Shown in pieces: positions 10,048-20,194 of a stretch of DNA of 61,999 bases (the stretch's first letter is position 1; each line of letters starts with the position of its first letter). A model generated the notes under the pieces. It was not told the DNA's origin and searched no databases. It saw only the letters and a list, made by a program, of their open reading frames with translations. The stretch comes from Promethearchaeota archaeon (GTDB lineage Archaea; Asgardarchaeota; Lokiarchaeia; Sigyniarchaeales; SOKP01), in NCBI GenBank assembly GCA_019058365.1, contig JAHPZE010000027.1:1-61999 (forward strand), read 5' to 3'. Both the position numbers and the translations under genes were made by a program.

Positions 10048-11550
10048 CTATCTATTTTGAATAGAATCTAAAATGGTACCAATTATCGCAATTGTTAGTG
10101 TCCCCCCAATAGAAAACATTGTTATCAAATACTCATGAGTTTGGAAAATGACTACTTGAAGAATCATCATTGTAAATGTTGTTACTAAAACTAAGCTCCA
10201 GAAACCTAAAAGTCTTGTATTAAAAGGTCTCTTTATTATATACCGAGTAATTAAAGCTCCAATCGCATACGCAAGGATGATAAAAAGAGGTATTGGTACC
10301 CAAAACTCTTGCATCCAAAAAGAAAAAAGCAATATTGAAGAGAAAACTATGAAGAAGTTGATGTAATAAAGCGCCCGTCTAAGTATGTTTTTATTTTGAT
10401 CTATTTTATACCACAGAATTCCGAATGAAATAAATATTATCCATACCGCAACTAGGTTTACGACCGCATTAAGTATTTCTGCTATATCATTTTGCGAGAA
10501 AGGGAATGTAACAAGAGTGTTTATAGCATAATGATCTCCCCAAAAGGCGTAAATCATTCCATATCCTAGTATTTGGGTAAGTAAGATATGATATGTGGAT
10601 CTGCTAATCAAAGAAATTCCTCGCGAAAGTCGTCCGTCTGGGTTCTGAGGTAAAAATTTCATTGCTAGCAAAAATAAAAATGCTGAGTATGGAACAATTA
10701 ACAAATGATAATCCCCTCTTAGAAGTGGTACACCATCAATTCTGATTCTATAGGAGAAGAACTGATGTGCTGTAATAAAAGCTAAACTTATTGGATAAAT
10801 AATCCACATAAAGAAGTTTCGATTATCATTAAGTTTATATCCAAAGGAAAACCACATTCCTAAGCCAATAGCAGGAAGATAAAATAAAACAGAGGTCATA
10901 AAAATCGTCACGATATAGCTTTCTTCATATGAGGTAATATTTCCAATCAAGAAAAACAGTGTTAACTGCAATGCTATTTCTACCACGAAACATAGAATTA
11001 ATGTTATAACTGGTTTTTTTGTAAATGCCCAATAAAGTAAAGGAAAGATTAAAATGGATTGGAATAGTAATGGAAGAAACCAATTTCCTGGGCCCCAAAA
11101 TGGTAAGAATCCTATGAACAAGAGGATGAAACCATGATCTGGATAATATTGCCCATTCCACATAGCAGTAATATCAAATCCATACATAAACAATCCTATA
11201 AATGTTGATGCCGCATACAAAACTAGGAATGGTACAATATACCGCAAAATTTTACTTTTGAAATAACTCCAAGAATACATTTCCCTTAATGTCTTTGCTT
11301 CACTTTTTTGTATTGAGCAACCCATATTAAAGCCCAATATCACTAAAAACACTGGTATTGAGATTCTCTCCCAAAGAGTGACAGCAATGTAAGATTTTAC
11401 ACTCCAAGAAACTATATGATCGAATATAACTAAAAAGATCATTGCTGCTTTTAAAAAATCCACTTGGAAATAATGCTCCCCTAATTCAACCAAAGTCTCT
11501 TTTTCAGCTTCTTCTAATACTACTTCACTAACTTGTTTTTTAGATGTCAT
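10048..11550 (-). CDS. Acyltransferase family 3 (OafA-like) polytopic membrane protein
   Basis: VDFLKAAMIFLVIFDH, IPVFLVILG, KILRYIVPF, WFL, STYHILLTQ; many TM helices. Confidence 0.75.
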   Translation of the reverse strand: MTSKKQVSEVVLEEAEKETLVELGEHYFQVDFLKAAMIFLVIFDHIVSWSVKSYIAVTLWERISIPVFLVILGFNMGCSIQKSEAKTLREMYSWSYFKSKILRYIVPFLVLYAASTFIGLFMYGFDITAMWNGQYYPDHGFILLFIGFLPFWGPGNWFLPLLFQSILIFPLLYWAFTKKPVITLILCFVVEIALQLTLFFLIGNITSYEESYIVTIFMTSVLFYLPAIGLGMWFSFGYKLNDNRNFFMWIIYPISLAFITAHQFFSYRIRIDGVPLLRGDYHLLIVPYSAFLFLLAMKFLPQNPDGRLSRGISLISRSTYHILLTQILGYGMIYAFWGDHYAINTLVTFPFSQNDIAEILNAVVNLVAVWIIFISFGILWYKIDQNKNILRRALYYINFFIVFSSILLFSFWMQEFWVPIPLFIILAYAIGALITRYIIKRPFNTRLLGFWSLVLVTTFTMMILQVVIFQTHEYLITMFSIGGTLTIAIIGTILDSIQNR

Positions 11551-11862
11551 TATTATCTGTTTATTTTTTTAAAGTTTTAAGATTTAGTTATAGCCTTTGT
11601 GAACTTTTTGAAAAATATAACGAAGTGGGAGTCCAATTTTTACAATTGAAATACAGCGTTAAGACAAGATTTAATAATAAAATTATTTTTAGATTAAAAA
11701 AGCATGGATATTAAAATAAATCTTTTAAATTCAAGTTTAATATCACCCACATATTATCCCTATTCATTGATGGATTGGAAAATTCCTAAATTTTTATATA
11801 ACTGTAAATCATATTATTTAGTTAAACAGAATTGAAGAAACAGAACAGGGTCAATAAGTAAA

Positions 11863-13845
11863 GTGGATGCCGACAAAAATCAAAATGTGTTAGAAAAGCA
11901 ACTAAAAACATTGGGTCAAAAGGTTAGGATTGATATTTTAAAAAAATTAAAACATGCTCATACTCCATTATCATTTTCAAAGCTTCAAAAAGAGATATTT
12001 GGAAATGATCCTCCTTCTGTAAATTTATCATTTCATCTAAATACATTAAAGAAGAGTGATTTAATTTTGTCGTCGGATAATGGATATTCAATTACGCTTT
12101 TAGGGGAGCAAATAATAGAAAAGATTTTATCTATTGAACAAATTTTAAATAAACAAAATAAAACCTTAATGATCCGAACTTCGAAATACTCTAAAGAAGT
12201 ATTTGATATAAATAAAATTGAGAAATATTTAGTGAAGGAAGGTGAATTGGAAATATATTTAGCAAGACAAGTTGCCCATGAGGTAGAGGAGCGTTTATCA
12301 AAAACTAATATAGAATACATGACTGCTCCATTAATGCGAGAGTATATTAATGCAATATTATTAGAGAATGGTTTAGAAGAAGTAAGGCACAAGTTAACTC
12401 GACTAGGAACTCCTCCATTTGAGGTATTTAAACTATTCAATTCAAATAATGTTGAAATAACACCAGAAAAATTTATTAAAAAGTTAGGTTCTGACGCTTC
12501 AGAGCAATTTTTACTTTTAAACCTCCTACCAAAAAATTTAGCTGACTTATATTTATCGGGAGAAATTGCCTTACTTCATTTAAATTACTGGGGGTTAAGA
12601 CCATTAAGTTTGTATATAAATACAAAAACAATTATCAATTATCTCTTTAATATTGATTCAAATATTTCAGCGAGAGATAAAAATACTACAGGATATACGA
12701 GGGTTATTATTAATTTTATAGATCTTCTACAGAGGCTAAAACAATTTTATTCTGAAGATTTAATTCTTGGCAATTTTAATAATGAATTAATTTCTTATTT
12801 AGAATTACCAAAAATAAAGTCGTCCAATTTTAATTTCTTTATTTCTCAAATTTTCCAATTTAATACACTTATTAATAAATGTAAATCTCATTTATCTTTA
12901 GAATTTAATTACAATGGAAAAACAAAGGACCAATTTTCAAACCAGATCCAAAATGATATTCCTTTTCTAAATTCACTGGACATACAGTGTAAAGATTGCG
13001 TAAAACCATTCCTTATTTTTGAAGGCTCTAAGATTTTTCGATCAGATCAAGGAAATGGGGTTATAAAGAATCTTATTAAAGGATCTAATAAAAATAATCT
13101 AATTTTTTATAATCAAAATTATTCAAATTTATTGAATTCATCTCTTATTCAAATACCAGATCCTAAGGAGGACATAATTATTTTAGATAAGATTTTAGTA
13201 AACTTACATATGATTTCTGCAGAAGCGAACCAAAATGACGATTTATTTTTCGATTTATTACAAGATAAATTAATTTCTGTTTTTGAATTGTTTAATTTTA
13301 AGGAGAAATTAGTACAAAAAAAGTTAAATCCTCTTAAGCAATGGGATTCTATAGTCACACGGGTTTTTGACAAAAATAAGAGTAAAATATTTAAAAACTC
13401 TGTAAAATCTATTAGTTTTTTCGGGTTAAATCAAGCCATTTTAAACCATTGCGGGATAGAACTTGATAGAACCGAAAATAGCGAAGAATTTGCTCTAAAA
13501 ATCTTGATATTAATGAAAAAAATTATTAACGAAAAAAATGAAGCAAAAAATGACACTTTTATTCTAAGCGCACCTCATAGAGATTCATACTTAAGAAATT
13601 CTTGGTATAATGGCATTGTACAACACACACAAGACATAAATGAATATTCTGCAAAACTAATTAGAGGAACATCAAACCTCTCTTTGAGTAAGAAAATCAT
13701 ATTATTCAAAAAATTTCAAAAAATCATTGGTGGAGGGTGTTTATTTATGGAAAAAAAACCAAATGATATGTCATTTCAAAAATTTTTAAAGATGTTGTTT
13801 CAATCCGAAATTGGTACAATATCTTTAAGAGATTGCACATTCTAA
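11863..13845 (+). CDS. ArsR-type wHTH + ATP-cone + degenerate anaerobic ribonucleotide reductase (NrdD)-like protein
   Basis: N-terminal LKTLGQKVRIDILKKL..LSFHLNTLKKSDLI; ATP-cone FDINKIEKYLVKE..TAPLMREYINAILLENGLEEVRHKLTRLG; LSGEIALLHL; SISFFGLNQ; no C-terminal glycyl-radical (R-x-x-G-Y) motif. Confidence 0.7.
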   Translation: MDADKNQNVLEKQLKTLGQKVRIDILKKLKHAHTPLSFSKLQKEIFGNDPPSVNLSFHLNTLKKSDLILSSDNGYSITLLGEQIIEKILSIEQILNKQNKTLMIRTSKYSKEVFDINKIEKYLVKEGELEIYLARQVAHEVEERLSKTNIEYMTAPLMREYINAILLENGLEEVRHKLTRLGTPPFEVFKLFNSNNVEITPEKFIKKLGSDASEQFLLLNLLPKNLADLYLSGEIALLHLNYWGLRPLSLYINTKTIINYLFNIDSNISARDKNTTGYTRVIINFIDLLQRLKQFYSEDLILGNFNNELISYLELPKIKSSNFNFFISQIFQFNTLINKCKSHLSLEFNYNGKTKDQFSNQIQNDIPFLNSLDIQCKDCVKPFLIFEGSKIFRSDQGNGVIKNLIKGSNKNNLIFYNQNYSNLLNSSLIQIPDPKEDIIILDKILVNLHMISAEANQNDDLFFDLLQDKLISVFELFNFKEKLVQKKLNPLKQWDSIVTRVFDKNKSKIFKNSVKSISFFGLNQAILNHCGIELDRTENSEEFALKILILMKKIINEKNEAKNDTFILSAPHRDSYLRNSWYNGIVQHTQDINEYSAKLIRGTSNLSLSKKIILFKKFQKIIGGGCLFMEKKPNDMSFQKFLKMLFQSEIGTISLRDCTF

Positions 13846-13882
13846 GAAATAAAAAATAGAAGAAGAATAAGTATTTTAAAAA

Positions 13883-14800
13883 TTAATCAGTCATTAATTC
13901 TGCTAAGAGTGCTTTTCTCATAGGGATCCCATAATAAGTTTGTTTAAAGTAAATTGCTTTTTCTGAATTATCAACATCTGGAGAAATTTCTGTAATTCTA
14001 GGAAGTGGGTGCAATAATCTAAAATTGTTTTTTGTTTGTATAAGATCTTCTTGTTGGAATATGTAAAATCCTTTAATTCTTTCGTATTCTTCCGAATCAA
14101 CAAACCTTTCTTTTTGGACCCGAGTCATATAAAGAACATCTAAAATGTTTAAAATTTTTCGGTAATCTGTAAGTTCTTTATATTTAACTTGGCGTTGCTG
14201 AAGAAAATCTTTATCACGGTTTCTCATTTTTAATTCTAAAGGGCTTATGAAATAAACATTTACATTAAAATTCGAAAGCAAAATTGAGAGTGAATGTACG
14301 GTTCTTCCATATTTGAGATCACCCATTAAACCTATATTCAACCCATCTAAAGGACCTACCTCTTCGTTTATTGTTAATAAATCTAATAATGCTTGAGTGG
14401 GATGTTCTCCACTTCCAGAACCAGCATTAATAATTGGAATTTTAGCAAATTTTGCTGCTAATATAGCAGCTCCTTCAAGCGAATGTCTTATTACTATACA
14501 ATCACTATAATTTTCAACGGTTCTTATTGTATCTGCAATGCTCTCTCCTTTTTTGATGGATGACACATCTCCAGATTGGAACCCGATAACACTCCCCCCT
14601 AATCTATACATAGCTGATTCAAAACTAAGACGGGTTCGAGTAGAAGGCTCAAAAAATAATGTAGCTAAGATTTTACCTTGAAGAATATTTGAGTTCTTGA
14701 GTTCAATCATTTCTTTAGCTTTCTTTATAATATATTCAATATCTTCTCTATCAAATTGCTTAGCACTAATTATTCCTCCACTAAATTTCTCTTTGAACAT
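13883..14800 (-). CDS. pyrB: Aspartate carbamoyltransferase catalytic subunit
   Basis: FFEPSTRTRLSF, HPTQALLD, GDLKYGRTVHS, TRVQKER, LHPLPR. Confidence 0.97.
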   Translation of the reverse strand: MFKEKFSGGIISAKQFDREDIEYIIKKAKEMIELKNSNILQGKILATLFFEPSTRTRLSFESAMYRLGGSVIGFQSGDVSSIKKGESIADTIRTVENYSDCIVIRHSLEGAAILAAKFAKIPIINAGSGSGEHPTQALLDLLTINEEVGPLDGLNIGLMGDLKYGRTVHSLSILLSNFNVNVYFISPLELKMRNRDKDFLQQRQVKYKELTDYRKILNILDVLYMTRVQKERFVDSEEYERIKGFYIFQQEDLIQTKNNFRLLHPLPRITEISPDVDNSEKAIYFKQTYYGIPMRKALLAELMTD

Positions 14801-14961
14801 TTAAAATCTCATTCAATATGTTTTTATTAACATTATGTAAATAAGATTTAAATTATTTTTTATTACACCATGATTTTTCAAAAAGAACCATCAGAACTAA
14901 TAAAATTTAAAATTTATAAATAATTACTATATTTATTCTTAATACTAACAGTCTCTGATAA

Positions 14962-15243
14962 ATGAAGTACCCTAAAACTATTAACCGCTATTGTCCAACT
15001 TGTGGATCACATCAGAAGCATACAGTCTCTCTTTATAAAAAAGGGAAGGAAAGGATGCTTAATCAAGGAAGAAGAAGAGTAGAAAGAAAGAAAAGAGGTT
15101 ATGGCTCATTCCCCAAGGAGATTTTCCATAAAAACGCAAAATTAAATAAGAAATCAACCCCTATATTAGAATGTACTGAATGTGGGAAAAAGCAATATGC
15201 CAAATCTTATCGCGTTAAAAGATTAGAATTTCAAGAAGTGTAA
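14962..15243 (+). CDS. rpl44e: 50S ribosomal protein L44e
   Basis: MKYPKTINRYCPTC..H, LECTECGK zinc ribbon. Confidence 0.95.
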   Translation: MKYPKTINRYCPTCGSHQKHTVSLYKKGKERMLNQGRRRVERKKRGYGSFPKEIFHKNAKLNKKSTPILECTECGKKQYAKSYRVKRLEFQEV

Positions 15244-15257
15244 AAGTGTGAATACTT

Positions 15258-15461
15258 ATGACTAATAAAAAAGAAAAAGAACTTATTCCACAGCCAAAAA
15301 GCAGGTTTTTACGCGTAAAATGTTTGAATTGCGGAAATCAACAAATTATATTTGGTTGTTCTGCCACAGATGTGGAATGTTTAGTGTGCGGAAAAACCTT
15401 ACTTCAATCTACTGGCGGTAAAGCAAGAATTCTTACAAAGATTATAGAAGTTCTTTCTTAA
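15258..15461 (+). CDS. rps27e: 30S ribosomal protein S27e
   Basis: [33 protein letters not shown]. Confidence 0.96.
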   Translation: MTNKKEKELIPQPKSRFLRVKCLNCGNQQIIFGCSATDVECLVCGKTLLQSTGGKARILTKIIEVLS

Positions 15462-15569
15462 AGTAATTTTTAACACTTTACATCTTTATAGAGTAAAATC
15501 TCGACTTAGCTATTGTTTAGAAATCTATATCTTTATTTATTCTTACATCATAATATTAATTATTTTTAG

Positions 15570-17141
15570 GTGTTAATTATGAATCAAGAAAAAGGTTCAA
15601 AGAAATATAAATTAATTGTAATTGGCGCAGGAATGGCGGGATTAAGCACTGGTATAACATGGGCTATAAACAATGAATTAAATAAAGATCCAGTGCTTCT
15701 TATCGAAAAACAACCAAAAACTGGAGGTTTTGTCACTTCGTATGAAAGAGAAGGATTTGTGTTTGATACATGTCAGGTGATTCCAAATATCTCTGAAATA
15801 CTTGATTATTTAGGAATCGAAATAGAGCTTAAGAAGTTTAAAGGATATTATATGAGAATTCTTGTTGTTAATCCCGAAACTGATGATGTTAAAGTTCTTG
15901 AATTACCCTCTGGATTAGATAATTTTAAAAAAAAACTAATGGACCAATATCCTGATAATGGATCACAAATAGAAGAATTCTTAGATTACTCACGAGAGAT
16001 GTATTTGGAATTATTTAATCTCAAAGTTGAGCCTAAATTCATTGATATTCTAAAGTTATTATTTACATGCCCAAAAATAATAAAAAACTCATCAAAAACA
16101 TTTAAAAATTACTTTGAACAATTTGGAATCACAGAACCAGATGTCATTGAAATTTTTAACATATTTGCAGATTTTAGTGCTCTGCCTTCTGAGCAAGTAA
16201 CTGCACTTGTTCCAATTTCAGCTATGAATTCTCTATTAGATGGAGCATATAGGACGAAAAAAGGATTTATCGATTTTACAAATAAATTGCAGGAACGTTA
16301 TGAAAACTTGGGAGGAGAATTATTACTAAAAACAGAAGTTACAAAAATTTTAGTAGAAGATAATCAAGTAAAAGGCGTCCAACTTAAAAGTGGTGAAAAA
16401 ATTTACTCGGATTATGTTGTGACCACTGTTGATACGATGTTAGCAATGAAACAGTTAGTAGGATTAGAAAAAATTCGAAGTATTGATAAAAAATATGCTA
16501 ATAAAATTGAGTCTATAAAAATGTCTACTTCTTCCATTAATGTTAGCTTAGGGTTAGATGATAAGTTGGATCTTGCAGGATTAGGTATGGATTGTGGCTA
16601 TAACGTCATTACTACTGGAGGAGATACTTATGATCGACTTTTTGATGATTATGAAAAAGGAAAAATTGGATTTTCAGATAAAAGATTTCAGGTTGGAGTT
16701 ATTTGTCCATCCCTTACAACTGGTGGGCAACCTAACATAACCATTCGAGTATCCCCGATGGGGTTGGGAGATTGGGCAAAATTGAGAGAAAATGATAGAC
16801 CAAAATATCAAGAGGAGAAACAAAAATGGGGAGATTTTTTTATTAATATTGTAGAAAAATATCTTATACCAGATTTAAGAAGACATATTTTAATATCAGA
16901 TATATCAACACCCGCAACTTATGCGCGATATTCAAGCTCTCCTACAGGTTCAATTTTTGATATGGCACCATATACAAATAATTTTGGGAGAACGCGTTTA
17001 AAAATGAGAACACCGATTAAAGGTTTATTTCAACCAAAATTTGTTCATGGAGTATTTGGCTCTTTACTTGCGGGTATACAAGTTAATGATATGATCCTTA
17101 ATCGTAAAATAATGAATGGAAATGCTAGACTGAAAATATAA
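15570..17141 (+). CDS. Phytoene desaturase-family FAD-dependent oxidoreductase
   Basis: VIGAGMAGL dinucleotide fold, EK..GG...REGFVFD, ISTPATY, RTPIKGLF; likely ATG start at 15579. Confidence 0.85.
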   Translation: MLIMNQEKGSKKYKLIVIGAGMAGLSTGITWAINNELNKDPVLLIEKQPKTGGFVTSYEREGFVFDTCQVIPNISEILDYLGIEIELKKFKGYYMRILVVNPETDDVKVLELPSGLDNFKKKLMDQYPDNGSQIEEFLDYSREMYLELFNLKVEPKFIDILKLLFTCPKIIKNSSKTFKNYFEQFGITEPDVIEIFNIFADFSALPSEQVTALVPISAMNSLLDGAYRTKKGFIDFTNKLQERYENLGGELLLKTEVTKILVEDNQVKGVQLKSGEKIYSDYVVTTVDTMLAMKQLVGLEKIRSIDKKYANKIESIKMSTSSINVSLGLDDKLDLAGLGMDCGYNVITTGGDTYDRLFDDYEKGKIGFSDKRFQVGVICPSLTTGGQPNITIRVSPMGLGDWAKLRENDRPKYQEEKQKWGDFFINIVEKYLIPDLRRHILISDISTPATYARYSSSPTGSIFDMAPYTNNFGRTRLKMRTPIKGLFQPKFVHGVFGSLLAGIQVNDMILNRKIMNGNARLKI

Positions 17142-17245
17142 TTTATTAAATCTTTTCATTTTTTATTTTTTGTATCTTCGTGAAACTGTTCTTTCACGAT
17201 ATTTCTTCTATATCAAAATGTTATAAAATTTGTAACTAAGTTATA

Positions 17246-17584
17246 TTATTGTTCGCGCCATGTATATTTACATTTAGTGCATTTAAAAAAGTGAGTACTT
17301 GGCTCATCAGAACTCCTTATTTGCACTTGCCAAGTCTCTGCTTCAAGATTCCCACATTTAGGACATTCTTTTCTTGTCTTAGGATTTGCTGAGATCTTAT
17401 CTTCTTCAGAAAGTACAATAAAATTCTTTTTTAAAGCTTTTTTCTTTTTTTGGATATTTTCTTCAATTTTATTATTATCAAGCTTCAATTCCCTTTCATA
17501 ACCACACTTACATGCTAAAAATGACTTCTCATTTACTTTTTTTTTTCGTAAGAGGTTTGAACATTCGGGACAAAATTCTACCAT
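17246..17584 (-). CDS. tfs: Transcription factor S (TFS / RpoM-like)
   Basis: FCPECSNLL..CKCGY N-terminal ribbon; CPKCG..QIRSSDEP..FFKCTKC C-terminal ribbon with DE. Confidence 0.93.
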   Translation of the reverse strand: MVEFCPECSNLLRKKKVNEKSFLACKCGYERELKLDNNKIEENIQKKKKALKKNFIVLSEEDKISANPKTRKECPKCGNLEAETWQVQIRSSDEPSTHFFKCTKCKYTWREQ

Positions 17585-17707
17585 ATTGATTACTCTGAGA
17601 TTAAATATTAAATATATAGATTAAAAATAATAATATTTAAAAAATCTTATCTTATCCATTAATGTACACATAAAAGTGAATTATTTGAAATAAACAATTA
17701 CATAAAA

Positions 17708-18072
17708 ATGAGTTTTATGAGGTTTAAGGAATTTGTTACTTTTTTGGGAACAGAAGATCTCGAAAAAACTTCAAATTTTTATTTAAATGTTCTAGGTTTA
17801 TCTCTATATAAAGACCAAGATGCTTGCTTAATTTTTAATATTAATAATCAAAGTAAAATTGGCTTTTGCAAACATATGACCGTTGTTCATCAAGCCAAAA
17901 GTCCAATCCTCACTCTTATAACAGAAAAAGTTGATGAAACCTATCATAAATTATTAAATTTGGATTAGATACCATAGAACTACCTAAAATTAATGAAAAA
18001 TTTAACATTTATCACTTTTTCTTTAAAGATCCTAATGGCTATACAATTGAGATACAAAAATTTTTAGAATAA
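17708..18072 (+). pseudogene. VOC/glyoxalase-family protein split by a -1 frameshift near 17960
   Basis: Frame 0 DLEKTSNFYLNVLGL.. stops at 17968; -1 frame continues GLDTIELPKINEKFNIYHFFFKDPNGYTIEIQKFLE* to 18072. Confidence 0.75.
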
Positions 18073-18103
18073 TAGAAGAGTTCAAAAAAATAGGTTGTTA
18101 AAT

Positions 18104-18424
18104 CTAATCCAATTCTTTTTTTAACTGATATATTTTTTGATAATATTTAAAATTCAATTTCTTCATATCTTGGATAATATCTGCATTAATCCGTTTTTCT
18201 CCTGTAGATTGAAATTCTAGGTCTCCAATTACATTAACTAAATCATTCTCTTCAAAATTAAAATCATCAATTCTAATGATTTTAATATTAATTTGGCCCG
18301 TTTGATCATCTAAAATAAAAAATTCATCATTGATTCTACTTTTTATATATCCTGTAACTTGAATTCGTTCATCATCAATAGTGATATCTTTAATCATTCT
18401 TTGTTTTGCATGCTGAAATGACAT
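18104..18424 (-). CDS. Small single OB-fold protein (RPA small-subunit-like)
   Basis: IQVTGYI..FILDDQTGQI..DLVNVIG..INADII OB pattern; divergent from PCNA. Confidence 0.7.
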   Translation of the reverse strand: MSFQHAKQRMIKDITIDDERIQVTGYIKSRINDEFFILDDQTGQINIKIIRIDDFNFEENDLVNVIGDLEFQSTGEKRINADIIQDMKKLNFKYYQKIYQLKKELD

Positions 18425-18604
18425 TTTTTTTTTAAATATGAATCATTTAATTATCTAGTACAAATTTGAAAATTTAAGATAAGTATAAATAATTAATTTA
18501 AAACCTAAAATTGATATTATTAAAACACTAATATCAATCATTATTAATAATGCGAATTACACAATATTATCTTATTTAAAATTGAATAATTTTGCTGAAA
18601 GAAT

Positions 18605-19408
18605 ATGACCTTTAAATTAAAATTAGAAAATAGTCGGATATTGAAAGGAATTGTTGAAACTCTTTCAAGTATTATTGATGAAACAGAGTTTCGAGTCACT
18701 CCTAAAGAGTTTACAATTTCAGCGATGGATCCTAGTAGAATTTGTCTGTTAAAACTATCTGTGAAAAAGGAAAATTTTGATGAATATCAATGTTCTAAAG
18801 AATCAAAAGTTGGATTAAATTTAGATGATTTAGATAAAATTTTAAAAAGAAGCGCGGCGAATGATTCTGTTGAAATTGATTTTAATGAAGCTGATCAGAA
18901 AATAAAAATCAAAATGCAACGTGAGGGTATGACACGCACCAGAACATTTAGCTTAGCATTATTAGATATTGATATTGAAGAAATTCCTATGGATAATTTA
19001 TTAAAGATTGAATATCCTTCAAAGTGGGTTATTGAGCCAGACTTTTTAGTTGAAGCAATAAAGGATGCTGAAATTTATTCCGAAATCCTTAACATAACTT
19101 CAACAGAAGGACAAGGATTAATTTTTAGTTCAACAGGGCAAATTGGTGAAATGGAATATAATCTTAGTGAAGATGATTTAATAGAAACAAGTCTTAATGG
19201 AACAAGTAGTGGTGCATATTCCTTATCATTTTTAAAAGCAATTTTAAAAATAGCTTCAATCACAGAAAAGCTAGAAATATCTTTAAAGACTGATCATCCA
19301 TTAAAAATGATATTTAATCTTCTTGAAGGTGGCGAATTAAGTTACTTCTTAGCACCCAGAGTCGAAGAAGCTGAATTTGAAGAAGATGAAGATATGGACG
19401 AATTTTAA
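18605..19408 (+). CDS. pcn: DNA sliding clamp PCNA
   Basis: AMDPSRICL, GLNLDDLDKILKR, YSLSFL, DHPLKM, YFLAPRVE; acidic tail. Confidence 0.96.
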   Translation: MTFKLKLENSRILKGIVETLSSIIDETEFRVTPKEFTISAMDPSRICLLKLSVKKENFDEYQCSKESKVGLNLDDLDKILKRSAANDSVEIDFNEADQKIKIKMQREGMTRTRTFSLALLDIDIEEIPMDNLLKIEYPSKWVIEPDFLVEAIKDAEIYSEILNITSTEGQGLIFSSTGQIGEMEYNLSEDDLIETSLNGTSSGAYSLSFLKAILKIASITEKLEISLKTDHPLKMIFNLLEGGELSYFLAPRVEEAEFEEDEDMDEF

Positions 19409-19661
19409 TCAATTAATGTAACTACGACATAATAATAAGAAATACGATTAAATAATAGAAAAAATGTGTAAAAAATAATTGAATCTCCAACAAGATATTG
19501 ATTCAATCTCTAAAAAAATCACCCAATTTTGTATTTTAAACAGAAAAATTAACTAATAAGTAAATTAGATAACCAACCACAATCTTTTTATTTAAAAAAA
19601 TCATTATCAACTACTATAATTACAAATAATTAGATTAATTAAAAATATTAGAGGAATAAAA

Positions 19662-19814
19662 ATGGGAATTGTATGTCCAAAGTGTAAAGGAACATTTTCT
19701 GCGTTTACAACCGAAAATAAACCTATAGTAAAAACCACATGTCCATTTTGCAAATATAAGTTTAAAATTCAGAATCCAAATTTTAATGATGAACCAAAAA
19801 CAGAAAAAAAGTAG
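19662..19814 (+). CDS. 50-aa zinc-ribbon microprotein (not in ORF track)
   Basis: MGIVCPKCKGTFSAFTTENKPIVKTTCPFCKYKFKIQNPNFNDEPKTEKK; two CPxC motifs; GAGG SD-like motif upstream. Confidence 0.7.
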   Translation: MGIVCPKCKGTFSAFTTENKPIVKTTCPFCKYKFKIQNPNFNDEPKTEKK

Positions 19815-20194
19815 AAAAAAGTCCTGTTGAAAGGGACTGTTAATCAGAATGACGATGTCCGCAGAAATCATTTAGTGTCTTTCGATCTATTATATAATAT
19901 CTTATTTTTCATTAAGAATCATTCCTATCTCGGTGCATGAGACCAGAAATCCATTCTCCGATAAGAACTTTAGTAAACGCTAAGGGGTTCGATATGAGCT
20001 TTGCAATACAAAAAAATTTGTAATTGAATTCATACTATAGTTACAACTACATTTTTTCTTATTATTTATTAGTTTATTAATAGATTTATTAAAATTATCA
20101 GTAAATTAATTTACTCTTAATCTATTAAAGTTTAGTCCCATCATTTTTTTTAAACTTTAATTATTTAGATTTAAAAGAAGAGAATTTCTGGGCA

